A stretch of DNA of 64,000 bases, taken from an uncultured Verrucomicrobiae bacterium (GTDB taxonomy: Bacteria; Verrucomicrobiota; Verrucomicrobiia; Opitutales; JABDGR01). Made by a program: the position numbers and the translations under genes. Positions 45,098-54,523 of this stretch are shown in pieces. How positions within the stretch are numbered: the stretch's first letter is position 1; every line of letters starts with the position of its first letter. The notes below the pieces were generated by a model that saw only the letters and a program-made list of their open reading frames with translations, was not told the origin of the DNA and did not search any database. The stretch lies in NCBI GenBank assembly GCA_963765205.1, contig CAVXVB010000009.1, forward strand, positions 96,001 through 160,000, in the 5' to 3' direction.

Positions 45098-46885
45098 GTG
45101 AACCCCCCCATCAACATTCTACTGGTAGATGACGAATCCCGCAACTTGGACGCCCTGGAGAGCGTCCTCCAGTCGCCCGATTACGGCCTGGTCCGCGCCC
45201 AGACTGCGGAGCAAGCCTTGCTCCTGCTGCTCCATGGGGACTTTGCCGCCATCGTGCTCGACATTCATATGCCGCAAATTACGGGCCTTGAGCTGGCAAA
45301 CCTCATCAAGCAACGGAAACGCACCCAACACATACCGATCATTTTCCTGACGGCCTATTATCAGGCCGACAAGGATGTGCTGGAAGGCTATGGGAGCGGG
45401 GCGGTGGACTACCTCACCAAGCCGCTCAATCCGCAGATTCTCAAGTCGAAGATCGGGGTTTTTGTGGATTTGTTCCGCAAGTCGCACGCGTTGCTGGCGG
45501 CCAACACCGCGTTGGAGCAGGAGATCATCCAGCGCCAAAACGCGGAAACCGCGCTGCGCCAGGCCAACAATGAATTGGAGGCCCGCGTCGAAGCGCGGGC
45601 CGCCGACTTGTTGCGCGTGAATGAACAATTGCGCAAACGCGAAGCCGACTTGCGCGCGAGCGAGGCGCAGGCCTTGGCCGCCTCCCGCGCCAAGGACGAT
45701 TTCCTGGCGGCGTTGTCCCACGAACTGCGCACCCCCTTGAATCCCGTGCTGCTGTTGGCGACGGAGGCGGCCGGCAATCCGCAGTTGCCGCCAGCGGTGC
45801 GGGCTGATTTCGAAACCATCGCCAAAAACGTCGCGCTCGAAGCCCGGCTCATTGACGATCTTTTGGACCTGACTCGCATCGCGCACGGCAAGGTGAAGCT
45901 CGAAACGCAGCCCTGCGACGTCCACGCCGGCCTGCGGGAGGCCATCGCCATGACGCGGGAGGAAGTTAACCAGAAGCAAATCCGGCTCACGCTCAAATTG
46001 AATGCGCCGCGCAGCCTGGTCTGCGGTGACGATGTGCGGCTCAAGCAGGTGTTTTGGAATGTAATCAAGAATGCGGTGAAGTTTACCCCCGAGGGCGGGC
46101 AAATCACCGTGGAAACTGGCTCCGGGGAGCAGAGCGGCGAGTTGACGGTCATGGTGGCAGACACGGGCATCGGCATGTCGCCCGCGGAACTCGAGCGTGT
46201 TTTTCAGCCCTTCACCCAGGGCGACCACGTCATCCAGGGTGGCCCGCATCGCTTCGGCGGCTTGGGTCTGGGTCTGGCCATCTCGAAGATGATGGTCAAA
46301 TTGCACGCGGGTTCCATCAGCGCCACCAGCGGCGGTCGCGACCAGGGCACCACCGTGCTGATCAGACTCCCGCAGCCGGCGGAGGCGCCGGCTCCCTCGC
46401 CGGCCCCGTTGATTTCCCTCGGCACGGGATCCGCCCTGGCCGCCGCGAAGGCCGCGCGCACGCGCCGCATCCTCCTCGTCGAGGATCATCCTTCGACGGC
46501 GCTGGCTCTCGCCCAGTTGCTGGGCCGGCGAAAATTTGAAATTGTGATCGCCAACTCCCTGGCCGAGGCGCGCGCCTCGGCTGGCCGGGAAAAATTCGAT
46601 TTATTAATTTCCGACATTGGGTTGCCTGATGGCAATGGATACGATTTAATGAACGAACTGCGCGACCGCGAGGGGCTGGTGGGCATCGCCTTGACCGGCT
46701 ATGGCTCGGAAGCGGATGTGCAGCGCAGCCAGTCCGCCGGGTTCCTGATCCAACTGACCAAGCCGGTCACCATCCAGGCCTTGGATGGGGCCTTGTCTGC
46801 CGCCAGCCACCGGCTCAGCCCCACCGAAGCCGGGGCGGGGATTAATTTGCCGGCGCCGGATGGTTCGCAAGGCCAGGCAGGGTGA
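45098..46885 (+). CDS. Hybrid REC-HisKA-HATPase-REC protein with an OsaB-like N-terminal receiver
   Basis: ILLVDDESRNLDALE...IKQRKRTQHIPIIFLTA...[51 protein letters not shown] start assumed. Confidence 0.9.
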   Translation: MNPPINILLVDDESRNLDALESVLQSPDYGLVRAQTAEQALLLLLHGDFAAIVLDIHMPQITGLELANLIKQRKRTQHIPIIFLTAYYQADKDVLEGYGSGAVDYLTKPLNPQILKSKIGVFVDLFRKSHALLAANTALEQEIIQRQNAETALRQANNELEARVEARAADLLRVNEQLRKREADLRASEAQALAASRAKDDFLAALSHELRTPLNPVLLLATEAAGNPQLPPAVRADFETIAKNVALEARLIDDLLDLTRIAHGKVKLETQPCDVHAGLREAIAMTREEVNQKQIRLTLKLNAPRSLVCGDDVRLKQVFWNVIKNAVKFTPEGGQITVETGSGEQSGELTVMVADTGIGMSPAELERVFQPFTQGDHVIQGGPHRFGGLGLGLAISKMMVKLHAGSISATSGGRDQGTTVLIRLPQPAEAPAPSPAPLISLGTGSALAAAKAARTRRILLVEDHPSTALALAQLLGRRKFEIVIANSLAEARASAGREKFDLLISDIGLPDGNGYDLMNELRDREGLVGIALTGYGSEADVQRSQSAGFLIQLTKPVTIQALDGALSAASHRLSPTEAGAGINLPAPDGSQGQAG

Positions 46886-47900
46886 AATAAAATACCGACG
46901 TGTCTGGGCCGCGCCGCTCATAGCCGCAGCGGCCCTGCTGGAGCGCCACCAGCCGTTGCACGATGCTCAGCCCCAGCCCATGCCGGTTATGCGTGTGCAA
47001 GCGGTCAAATTGGGGAAATAAAACGCCCTCCAATTCGGCCGGCACGGCCGTGCCGTGATTGGCCACCCAAAAGCGCACGGATCTATTTTCATCCTTCCAA
47101 CCCAGTTGAATGGGCGTCCCCGGCCAGCGGTGCTTGAGCGCGTTCATAATCAGATTCCACCAAATCACGGTCAGCCATTCCGCCACGCCTTTGACTTTGG
47201 GCCAGTACACGGGACTTTGCACCGCGGCCCTCGCCTGGTCAATCGGGGACTGCAATTGGCGCAGGACGAAGGCCACCACCGCGTCCATCGGCACGTCCGT
47301 GGCCGGCAGTGGTTCCGCCGAGGCGGTGATGATTTCACTGAAGCGTTCAATTAACTGGGCGAGTTCAGGGATGGATGTCCGGATGACATCAATTTGCGTT
47401 TTTACCATGGACGGGTCTTCCCGCAACAGGGTATCCATGAGTTCGCAGTTGAGGTGCAGGCAGTTGAGGGGCGAACGCAAATCGTGGCCGAGGCGGCGGC
47501 CGAGGGTTTTCAAATCCCCTCGCAAACGGAGATTTTCGCGCAACAGTTCCTGTTGCATCAGCAACGCGCGAAAAAGCCGGGCCAGCAACTGCGGCGTACA
47601 TTCTTCCAGCGGTATGGATTCAACAAGGTCGGACGAATTGCGCCCCAGCACTAGGGTGGCCCAGCGCGGCTGCTCATCTCCGTCCATAGCATGTGCGGCC
47701 CGGCCAATTTCAGCCTCATCCCGATCTGACAAAATCAATAATTGCCGGCGGTCGGGGATTATGTGTTGGGCGGCCTCCCAGACGGAGCGGACGGCAATAA
47801 GTTGCGCCTCCAGAAAAGCCAGTGGGGCCGCCTCCCGGATCAGTTCGCGGGTCCGTTCCGGCAGTTCGACAAGAAATATGGCGGTCGCTTTCATGGACAT
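46842..47900 (-). CDS. Soluble sensor histidine kinase
   Basis: LGHDLRSPL, NLIMNALKH, HGLGLSIVQRLV, FYFTLP. Confidence 0.85.
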   Translation of the reverse strand: MSMKATAIFLVELPERTRELIREAAPLAFLEAQLIAVRSVWEAAQHIIPDRRQLLILSDRDEAEIGRAAHAMDGDEQPRWATLVLGRNSSDLVESIPLEECTPQLLARLFRALLMQQELLRENLRLRGDLKTLGRRLGHDLRSPLNCLHLNCELMDTLLREDPSMVKTQIDVIRTSIPELAQLIERFSEIITASAEPLPATDVPMDAVVAFVLRQLQSPIDQARAAVQSPVYWPKVKGVAEWLTVIWWNLIMNALKHRWPGTPIQLGWKDENRSVRFWVANHGTAVPAELEGVLFPQFDRLHTHNRHGLGLSIVQRLVALQQGRCGYERRGPDTSVFYFTLPGLANHPAPAN

Positions 47901-47957
47901 GACCAAGGGCCAAGGCCACTCCAGTCCAGGCCATTGGTCAAGACTGGCGTTTGATGT

Positions 47958-48728
47958 TTAAATACCAGCCGGAACGGCCATCATGAGGCAGCCGAGCGTG
48001 GCAAAAGCGCAGAAGAGCGAAGCGTGTTTTTCCCAGCGGGTGAGCAAACGACGGTGATAGCCCAGCCAGGCGATGGTGCGTTCGACTCTCCAGCGGCGGC
48101 GGTAGCGGCGCCGCGGTCGTCCGTCCTGGGTGACGTTTTCGGGCCGGCGGTTTTTGCGGTGCGGGGCGATCATTTCGATGCCCGGTTCGGCGAGGGTTTC
48201 GTCCAGTTCATCCACGTCGTAAGCCTTGTCGCCGATGAGGCGTTGCGGCTGGGCCTCGGGCTGGCCCAAGTCGAGCGTTTGCTGCACCATGTCGTGTTCG
48301 GGAACGCCAGAGGCGTCCACCGACAGCGCCAGCGGAATGCCTTGCCCATCAACGACTAACTGCACCTTCGTGCCCTTGCCCTTGGGCGACAGCCCCACGG
48401 CGTCACCACCGCCCTTGGCCGCCGCAAAGGTGGCGTCCACGAAGCATTCTTCCACATCGATGCGCCCAACCTCAATCAAGTGCCGGATAACTTGGGCGAA
48501 CAGCATGCGGAAGGCCCGCGACTGGCTCCACTGTTGCAGGTAGTCATGCACGGTGGACTTGGGGGGAAAGCTGCGTGGCAGCAGCTTCCACGGCATGCCC
48601 GTGTGCAGCATGAACAGGATGGCTTCGAACACCTCCCGCTCGTTGGCCCGGGGCCGCCCAAACACGCTGCGCTTGGGCCGTTGCAACACAGGACTTATAA
48701 TCTCCCATTGTTTGTCAGTTATAAACAT
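47958..48728 (-). CDS. IS5-family transposase
   Basis: TGMPWKLLP..FPPKSTVH, FVDATF, GKGTK, LIGDKAYD, YRRRWRVERTIAWL. Confidence 0.92.
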   Translation of the reverse strand: MFITDKQWEIISPVLQRPKRSVFGRPRANEREVFEAILFMLHTGMPWKLLPRSFPPKSTVHDYLQQWSQSRAFRMLFAQVIRHLIEVGRIDVEECFVDATFAAAKGGGDAVGLSPKGKGTKVQLVVDGQGIPLALSVDASGVPEHDMVQQTLDLGQPEAQPQRLIGDKAYDVDELDETLAEPGIEMIAPHRKNRRPENVTQDGRPRRRYRRRWRVERTIAWLGYHRRLLTRWEKHASLFCAFATLGCLMMAVPAGI

Positions 48729-48781
48729 CCCACTCCGAAAGCACCTTCCATGCCGACTGGCCTACTTTTCGGACAGCCTCT
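47958..48781 (-). mobile_element. IS5-family element; only one terminal repeat recognised
   Basis: Minus-strand (TA)GAGGCTGTCCGAAAAG at about 48765-48782; no matching end near 47940-47960. Confidence 0.65.
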
Positions 48782-49216
48782 AAGTGGTCTTCTTGATTTT
48801 GAAACAGCAGGTATGATGTAATAATCTACGAGAACGGGAACAAGGATAAAAGCAAAAGCTAAAACTGTTTCCAAAGGAGAAATGCCCATTCGATGATCGA
48901 AAGTAAGGCGCCTAAAAGCCACGAGTATCGCTGAATAGACGTGAACCAATTTGGAAATCCTTGTTTTTTCTCCTTCAAATAACAGCGCGGCCTTTTCTTC
49001 GTGAAAAAAACGATAGATCACCGGCCCGATAAGATACGCGTAAGAGGCCATAAAAACGAACGATTCCACAAATAACGAATATTGAAAAAGGTCTCGGTCA
49101 TCGCTCGTTGTTTTTGTAGGAAGATAGTCAACATCGCCCCAAGTCTGCCATGCGTGAGCGGCTAGAACTAACAGACAAAAAGCGGCAATAAGACAGGCAG
49201 CAAAGATCTTTTTCAT
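48719..49216 (-). CDS. Hypothetical membrane protein whose 3' end runs into the IS5 element
   Basis: AT-rich with three to four hydrophobic segments; the last ~20 codons (RGCPKS...) are IS sequence. Confidence 0.6.
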   Translation of the reverse strand: MKKIFAACLIAAFCLLVLAAHAWQTWGDVDYLPTKTTSDDRDLFQYSLFVESFVFMASYAYLIGPVIYRFFHEEKAALLFEGEKTRISKLVHVYSAILVAFRRLTFDHRMGISPLETVLAFAFILVPVLVDYYIIPAVSKSRRPLRGCPKSRPVGMEGAFGVGCL

Positions 49217-49302
49217 TGTCGATTAGAGATTTGAAAGATGGATAACCCCAACCCCCGCCACTCTAAATCGCTTGGGTTGAAGCGCAAACCCCAATCAACC
49301 CC

Positions 49303-49331
49303 TTGACGTTTTAACGTCACAGCGCTAAGTT
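49303..49331 (+). promoter_or_regulatory. Sigma70-like promoter with an operator palindrome for the TA operon
   Basis: TTGACG-17 bp-TAAGTT, 6 nt before ATG 49338; palindrome TGACGTT-tt-AACGTCA at 49304-49319. Confidence 0.7.
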
Positions 49332-49337
49332 ACGAAC

Positions 49338-49559
49338 ATGACGCGCGCCACCGTTTACTTCGATGAGGGCCTGCACAAGGCCCTGAAAATCAAAGCCCTG
49401 GAAAACGACACCACCCTCTCCGGGGTGGTGAATGAGGCGGTGCGCTCTTCCTTGGTCGAGGACTTGGACGACCTCGCCGATCTGCAGGCGCGGAAAAAGG
49501 AGAAACCCATTTCCTACGAATCTTTTCTTAAGGAGCTGAAGCGCCGTGGACAGCTATGA
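49338..49559 (+). CDS. Ribbon-helix-helix (CopG-like) antitoxin
   Basis: RATVYFDEGLHKALKIKA...LSGVVNEAVR..EDLDDL; overlaps the toxin. Confidence 0.85.
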   Translation: MTRATVYFDEGLHKALKIKALENDTTLSGVVNEAVRSSLVEDLDDLADLQARKKEKPISYESFLKELKRRGQL

Positions 49560-49806
49560 ATTGGTGGTCCGGCCCTCGGTGCAGCGGGATGTGCGGGGCA
49601 TTCCATCCAAGGACTTGCGGCGCATCCTCGAACGCATGGAGGCCCTTCGCAATAACCCGCGGCCGGCGAATTGCGTCAAACTCTCCGGGCAGGAATCATA
49701 CCGCGTCCGCCAGGGGAATTATCGGATTATCCACGAACTCGACGACACCCAACGCGTCGTGGTGATCGCGAAGGTCGGCCACCGCCGGGAAGTCTACCGG
49801 CCATAA
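49546..49806 (+). CDS. RelE/ParE-family toxin
   Basis: NPRPANCVKLSG, YRVRQGNYRII, VGHRREVYR. Confidence 0.92.
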   Translation: MDSYELVVRPSVQRDVRGIPSKDLRRILERMEALRNNPRPANCVKLSGQESYRVRQGNYRIIHELDDTQRVVVIAKVGHRREVYRP

Positions 49807-49940
49807 TCCACCCCACCCCCCCGCCGCTCCAAGCCCCCTTCATCCAACGCAGGAAATACCCAAGATTGCAGAGACAGATCGCGTGCATTTTTGCTCAATT
49901 TTCCCTTGTCAAATTTATACGGTAAGGCTATTATCCTCAA

Positions 49941-50117
49941 ATGGTTATCAAGCGAAAACTGCACGATGATACCGGCCGCGCCGCCTACTGGGCCGCGCAG
50001 CCTGTCCGTAAGCGCATTGCCGCGCTTGAAATCATCCGCGGAACCGGCAATGATTCCATCCATGTTCAACAAGCATTTCCGCGAGTTCTTAGAATTCTTG
50101 GAAAAAAGAGACGTTAA
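49941..50117 (+). CDS. 58-aa partner ORF of the nucleotidyltransferase (absent from the ORF track)
   Basis: MVIKRKLHDDTGRAAYWAAQPVRKRIAALEIIR...; preceded by TTGTCA-17-TATTAT-6-ATG; overlaps the downstream gene. Confidence 0.7.
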   Translation: MVIKRKLHDDTGRAAYWAAQPVRKRIAALEIIRGTGNDSIHVQQAFPRVLRILGKKRR

Positions 50118-50580
50118 GTATCTGCTGGTCGGTGGTTACGCGGTGGGTATCCACGGTTTCCCACGCTACACCGGCGACTTGGATGTTTTTATCGCCATCG
50201 GCATGGACAACGCCGAAAAAATGGTCAACGTTTTCGTGGATTTTGGCTTCGGCGACCTGGGCTTAAAAAGGGAATCCTTTCTCCAGCCCGAAAAAATAAT
50301 CGAGGTTGGCCGCGAGCCAATGAAGATTCAGGTGCTCACCGGCATTGATGGCGTCACATTCGATCAATGTTACGCCAGCCGGACCCACTTTCAAGAGGGC
50401 GCCTTGCGCATACCCGTGATCGGTTACGACGAGCTTATTCAAAACAAATTGGCCACGCCACGCGGCAAGGACAAAATTGATGTCGAGGAATTGCGCAAAG
50501 TAAAACAAAGTGCAAAAAAGTCAAAGGTATCTCACCCCAACCCCCGCCGCTCCAAATCTCCTTCGTCGAGACGCAAATAG
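50062..50580 (+). CDS. Nucleotidyltransferase (Pol-beta superfamily)
   Basis: YLLVGGYAV..HGFPRYTGDLDVFI, LIQNK...R.KD..DVEEL. Confidence 0.85.
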   Translation: MFNKHFREFLEFLEKRDVKYLLVGGYAVGIHGFPRYTGDLDVFIAIGMDNAEKMVNVFVDFGFGDLGLKRESFLQPEKIIEVGREPMKIQVLTGIDGVTFDQCYASRTHFQEGALRIPVIGYDELIQNKLATPRGKDKIDVEELRKVKQSAKKSKVSHPNPRRSKSPSSRRK

Positions 50581-50707
50581 TGCCCAAGTTTGTGCAGGAA
50601 GCGGTGAAGTTTTGTTTTCCGCCAGCCCAGCCTGTCGCTGATCTGCGCGCTGGAAATGCGGAACCCGACGGGTGAGATGATTTTTTCCATCGGGGGATGT
50701 CCGGGGT

Positions 50708-52135
50708 TCAGTGGTCGAGATTGGCCGTTCCCTGGAGGGCGGCGGCGACGCCGCTCTCGGTGGTTTCGGCCCCGGCGCGGTCGGCGAGGTATTGGGCCCA
50801 AGCCGCTTGGAATTTCTTTTCGTCGTCGCCGTGCAGCATTTCCAGCGCGGTGAGCAGCGAGACCACGGCATTGTGGTAGACGGGATTGGCCTCCACCGGC
50901 AGCGAACGCCCGGTGACCAGTTCACGGGCGATGGTGTCGCGGACAGACTTGTCTGTCCGACCAGCCCAAGCGGCATCCAGCCGGGTGTGTTGCTCGCCGC
51001 CCTCCGCAGAGGGCAGGTTGAGGTATTCGAGCTGGTCCAGTTGCGCGCGGCTCTGCGCCATGGTTTGCGCGGGGGTCGAGTATTTAAAGGTGAAATCGCG
51101 CAGGCCTTCCTGCCACCACAATTCGAGGTCGCGCGGGTCGTCAAACTCGTCCGGGAAGGCGGCAGTGAGCGCCTTGGCAGGGTCCGTGCCGCCGGCCAGC
51201 GCGGAAAAGAGCACATTGGCCTGCGCGGCGTTGGGGCACTCTTCATCCAACAGGCGCAACAGCCAATAGGCATAGACCGCGACCACGGGCTGCGCGTCTC
51301 CATACGGGCGCGATGACTTCATGAGTTGGGCCAGGCTCGGCTCAGGCAGCGTCTGGGGCAGCGTCTGGCCCTGTTGGGAAAGCTCTTCGATCAGCGCGGG
51401 CTTGAGGCCCGCTTCGAGCAGCTTGCCTAGGGCCAGCGCCAGCCAGCCCGGCGCGCGCGCGGCGGCGTCCGGCCCGTTGTGCCAGACGGCGAGGCTTTCC
51501 AAAGAGGCTTGGGCGATGGCCTGGCACACGTCGGCAAACTTTGCGTCCGGCCCCCAGCGCACGAGCGCGGTGCAGTGGCCCACATGATCCGCATTGACGA
51601 CGAAGGGGCCGGCAAAGTCCGCCTGCGCCGCAGGCACCAGTTCGATTTGAACTTGGGAAGGCGGCTGGTCCGGCCAGGGAAGAAATTTGTCCATCAGTCC
51701 CGGCAACTGCTCGGCCATCTTGAGCATGCGCTGCGCGGAAGCCATGTCCGGCGCATCCACCTCGAACTGCGGGCTTTCCACCACGATGGGCGGGCCGAGG
51801 AGCTTGCGCTCGCCGAACGGGACGGTTTGCGTGGGCGGGAGCGGCCGCGCGGGTGCAGAATTGGTGGTGTTTGGTAATACCGATGGGGCCGGCGAAGCAG
51901 GCGCGGGCGTTGACGTGGGCGCAGGCGCTGTGGCGGCGGGTGGCGCGTCTTGCACCATTGGCAAGGGCGAGGGTTTTTTCCATACTTCATCGCCCGGCGT
52001 CGAATCGGCTGCCACGGCGAATACGGCGAGAAGGAAAAACACCAGGCCTGCGCCGACGGTCGCGCGCCAACGCAACACGATCCCACGGCGTAAAGGCAGC
52101 AACGGACGCATGACAACCTGGCGGGCGACGCCCAA
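50708..52135 (-). CDS. Hypothetical exported protein
   Basis: Long ORF with an N-terminal hydrophobic segment and Pro-rich linker; codirectional with its neighbours; start uncertain. Confidence 0.65.
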   Translation of the reverse strand: MGVARQVVMRPLLPLRRGIVLRWRATVGAGLVFFLLAVFAVAADSTPGDEVWKKPSPLPMVQDAPPAATAPAPTSTPAPASPAPSVLPNTTNSAPARPLPPTQTVPFGERKLLGPPIVVESPQFEVDAPDMASAQRMLKMAEQLPGLMDKFLPWPDQPPSQVQIELVPAAQADFAGPFVVNADHVGHCTALVRWGPDAKFADVCQAIAQASLESLAVWHNGPDAAARAPGWLALALGKLLEAGLKPALIEELSQQGQTLPQTLPEPSLAQLMKSSRPYGDAQPVVAVYAYWLLRLLDEECPNAAQANVLFSALAGGTDPAKALTAAFPDEFDDPRDLELWWQEGLRDFTFKYSTPAQTMAQSRAQLDQLEYLNLPSAEGGEQHTRLDAAWAGRTDKSVRDTIARELVTGRSLPVEANPVYHNAVVSLLTALEMLHGDDEKKFQAAWAQYLADRAGAETTESGVAAALQGTANLDH

Positions 52136-52137
52136 CG

Positions 52138-52974
52138 TTATTTGCCAGCGAGGACGAGGCCGCCATCCTGCACCGTGGCGCTGGCGAGTTTAGCCCAAGC
52201 GTCGGCGTATTTTTTCGCGGCGTCGCTGGCGGCGAATTTACCGGCGATGTCATCGAAGAGCATTGTGCCGAGACCGCCGGTGGCGGGAATGCGCGCGCTG
52301 CCGATGTAACTGTAAGAGGGCTGAAATTGCGGGCCGGACGGACCGGCGACGAACACGCCGCGCGCTTGGTAAACCGTCACGATGTCCGTGCCCAGCAGGG
52401 TGACGGTCATCGGCACGGAGATTTGGAAGGTGACGGGCGCGTCGGCCGGCGCCTGGGGGTCCTTAAAGATGTGGAAATTCGGGTTGCCAGGCACCAGCCC
52501 GAAGCTCTGCAAATCAGCTGCGGCCAGCTTGGCATCATCCTTGACTTTGTCGGCTGTGCTAGGCCCGGTGGCGGCGGTGCCGGAAGCGGCCGCTGGCGCA
52601 GGCGTGGCGGCGGCCACGGGGGCTTTCGGCTTGGGCGCGGCGAGCTTGAAAGTGGCTACGGACCAAGCATTTAACTCAGAGTCGGCGACGGTGAGGGTGC
52701 CGGGCTGGGGGGAGAGGAATTGCGCGTCCTTGGCCTCGAAATCGCCGCCGGGCTGGCCAGCCCAGTAGAAAAGTCCGGTGGGAGGGGGGGGGGTCTTGCC
52801 CGTTTTGGCGTCGGGGGTGGCTTTGTATTCTTTCGGCGCGGTGAGGGCGAGGACGCAGAAGGCGAGGAGCACACCAAGCGAGGTGTTGAAAAAGGCGCAG
52901 ACGATGGCACCGCCAAACGTGGCCGATTTGCGGGCTTTTTTCTCGCCGGTCGGATCGAAGTTGGTGTTGCTCAT
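52138..52974 (-). CDS. Hypothetical membrane-anchored protein
   Basis: 278 aa, N-terminal transmembrane segment, tightly spaced in an operon-like run. Confidence 0.7.
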   Translation of the reverse strand: MSNTNFDPTGEKKARKSATFGGAIVCAFFNTSLGVLLAFCVLALTAPKEYKATPDAKTGKTPPPPTGLFYWAGQPGGDFEAKDAQFLSPQPGTLTVADSELNAWSVATFKLAAPKPKAPVAAATPAPAAASGTAATGPSTADKVKDDAKLAAADLQSFGLVPGNPNFHIFKDPQAPADAPVTFQISVPMTVTLLGTDIVTVYQARGVFVAGPSGPQFQPSYSYIGSARIPATGGLGTMLFDDIAGKFAASDAAKKYADAWAKLASATVQDGGLVLAGK

Positions 52975-52980
52975 GGGTGT

Positions 52981-53400
52981 TCAGGGTTTGGCAGATTTGG
53001 CGGCCGCGGGTTTGCTGGATTCGGATTTGGGCTTGGCGGCGTCGGATTTGGTTGGAGCGGGTTTGGATTCGCCGGATTTGGATTCCGCTGGTTTCGAGTC
53101 AGCAGGTTTTTTGCCGTCGGCGGATTTCGAGTCGGAAGGTTTGGAGTCGGAGGGCTTGCTCTCAGCAGGTTTGTTGCCGGAAGCGGCGGCGGCCTGGTCT
53201 TTGGCGTAGGCGGCGGAGCGTTTGTAGTCAGTTTCGTAAAAGCCGCTGCCTTTGAAGATGAGGCCGGCGCCGCCGCTGATGAGGCGCTGGAGGCCGAGCT
53301 TTTTGCAGGCCGGGCAGCGCTTCAGGGCGTTTGCCGTGATGGGTTGGTAGACTTCAAACTGGTGGCCGCAGCGTTTGCAGGCGTATTCGTACGTCGGCAT
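52981..53400 (-). CDS. FmdB-family zinc-ribbon protein with a Ser/Lys/Pro repeat tail
   Basis: MPTYEYACKRCGHQFE...CPAC...FKGSGFYETDY and (E/D)SKP repeats. Confidence 0.9.
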   Translation of the reverse strand: MPTYEYACKRCGHQFEVYQPITANALKRCPACKKLGLQRLISGGAGLIFKGSGFYETDYKRSAAYAKDQAAAASGNKPAESKPSDSKPSDSKSADGKKPADSKPAESKSGESKPAPTKSDAAKPKSESSKPAAAKSAKP

Positions 53401-53721
53401 GGTTCGCGGTGGTGGGTGGGGGGGAGGGGGCATGCGGCGAACCGATTCTACGAACGCCACGAGACCGATTCCCGGTTTTTGAATTCCAGTAAGAAACGAT
53501 TATTATACACGCCCTAGGCAGGGCGTTCAAGGGGAAAAAAGGGGCAGGGAAAAAAGCCACGCAAAATACTCTAAGCATTCCTGAAAGAGCCAATTTTCAA
53601 TCACAAGGTTACCATGTGCGAGACCAGTCGAACTCTACACCTGTTTGATATCGGAATGTCAGTCAGTTACCCGCCAGCCGACCCCGCGATTGGTGGTCAA
53701 ATCAGGGGGAGGCGACCCGTT

Positions 53722-54324
53722 TTAATCCGGTCGTTTCATCTCAAACCGGTCGCGCGTGCGGCAATACCAGTTCGGCGACGACAGGCGCCCGATCAGAAAA
53801 AGTTTGTCCGTGTGAATCCGTTTTTTCTCCGTATCAAACAATTCATCGCGCAAATGAAGCCGTTTGATCAAACCGATCACCACGCGATTTTGGCCGATTT
53901 GCAGGGTGCCCCATTCGACACATTCGAGACTCGCCGGGGATTCCGCGACGCGCGGCGGCTTCACGATGGACGAAGGGGCGGCGGTCAGCCCGGCGCGCAC
54001 CAATTCGTTTTCCCCAAACGGCAACGACGCGGCGCACTGGTTCATCGCCTCGGCCATTTTTTCGTCCACGAGGTTCACGACGAATTCGTGCGTGGCGCGG
54101 ACGTTGAGCGCGGTGTCCTTGGGGGTGCCGTTGGGGCGGTCGCCGGGCGCGAAGGCGCAGATGGGCGGATTCGCGCCCAGGACGTTGAAGAAGCTGAACG
54201 GCGCGGCGTTCACCCGGCTGTCGGCGCTGATGGTGGTGACGAGCGCAATCGGCCGCGGCGTGACGAGGCTGACCAGCAACGGATAGGCGCGATGGGCAAA
54301 TTCCTTTTCGAGATCAAGTTCCAT
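53722..54324 (-). CDS. Flavin reductase-like FMN-binding protein
   Basis: VTPRPIALVTT, NAAPFSFFN, KDTALNV, EFVVN, PPRVAESP. Confidence 0.9.
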   Translation of the reverse strand: MELDLEKEFAHRAYPLLVSLVTPRPIALVTTISADSRVNAAPFSFFNVLGANPPICAFAPGDRPNGTPKDTALNVRATHEFVVNLVDEKMAEAMNQCAASLPFGENELVRAGLTAAPSSIVKPPRVAESPASLECVEWGTLQIGQNRVVIGLIKRLHLRDELFDTEKKRIHTDKLFLIGRLSSPNWYCRTRDRFEMKRPD

Positions 54325-54523
54325 AAATTTAATTCGGTTTTAATACTGTCGGCGCGCAACCTACGCACCCTCCCTATGGCCAGCAAGCGGTAATCCGTGG
54401 CGGGCAGCAAGCGGTCCGCGGACAAACGATGGCCTGATGAATTTGTGCCGGGGTCCACACCAGGAAGCCGTAGAAAATCGTTTTGCAAAGTTGGGGGAAA
54501 GGCAGCATAGGGCTGGTTTGATT

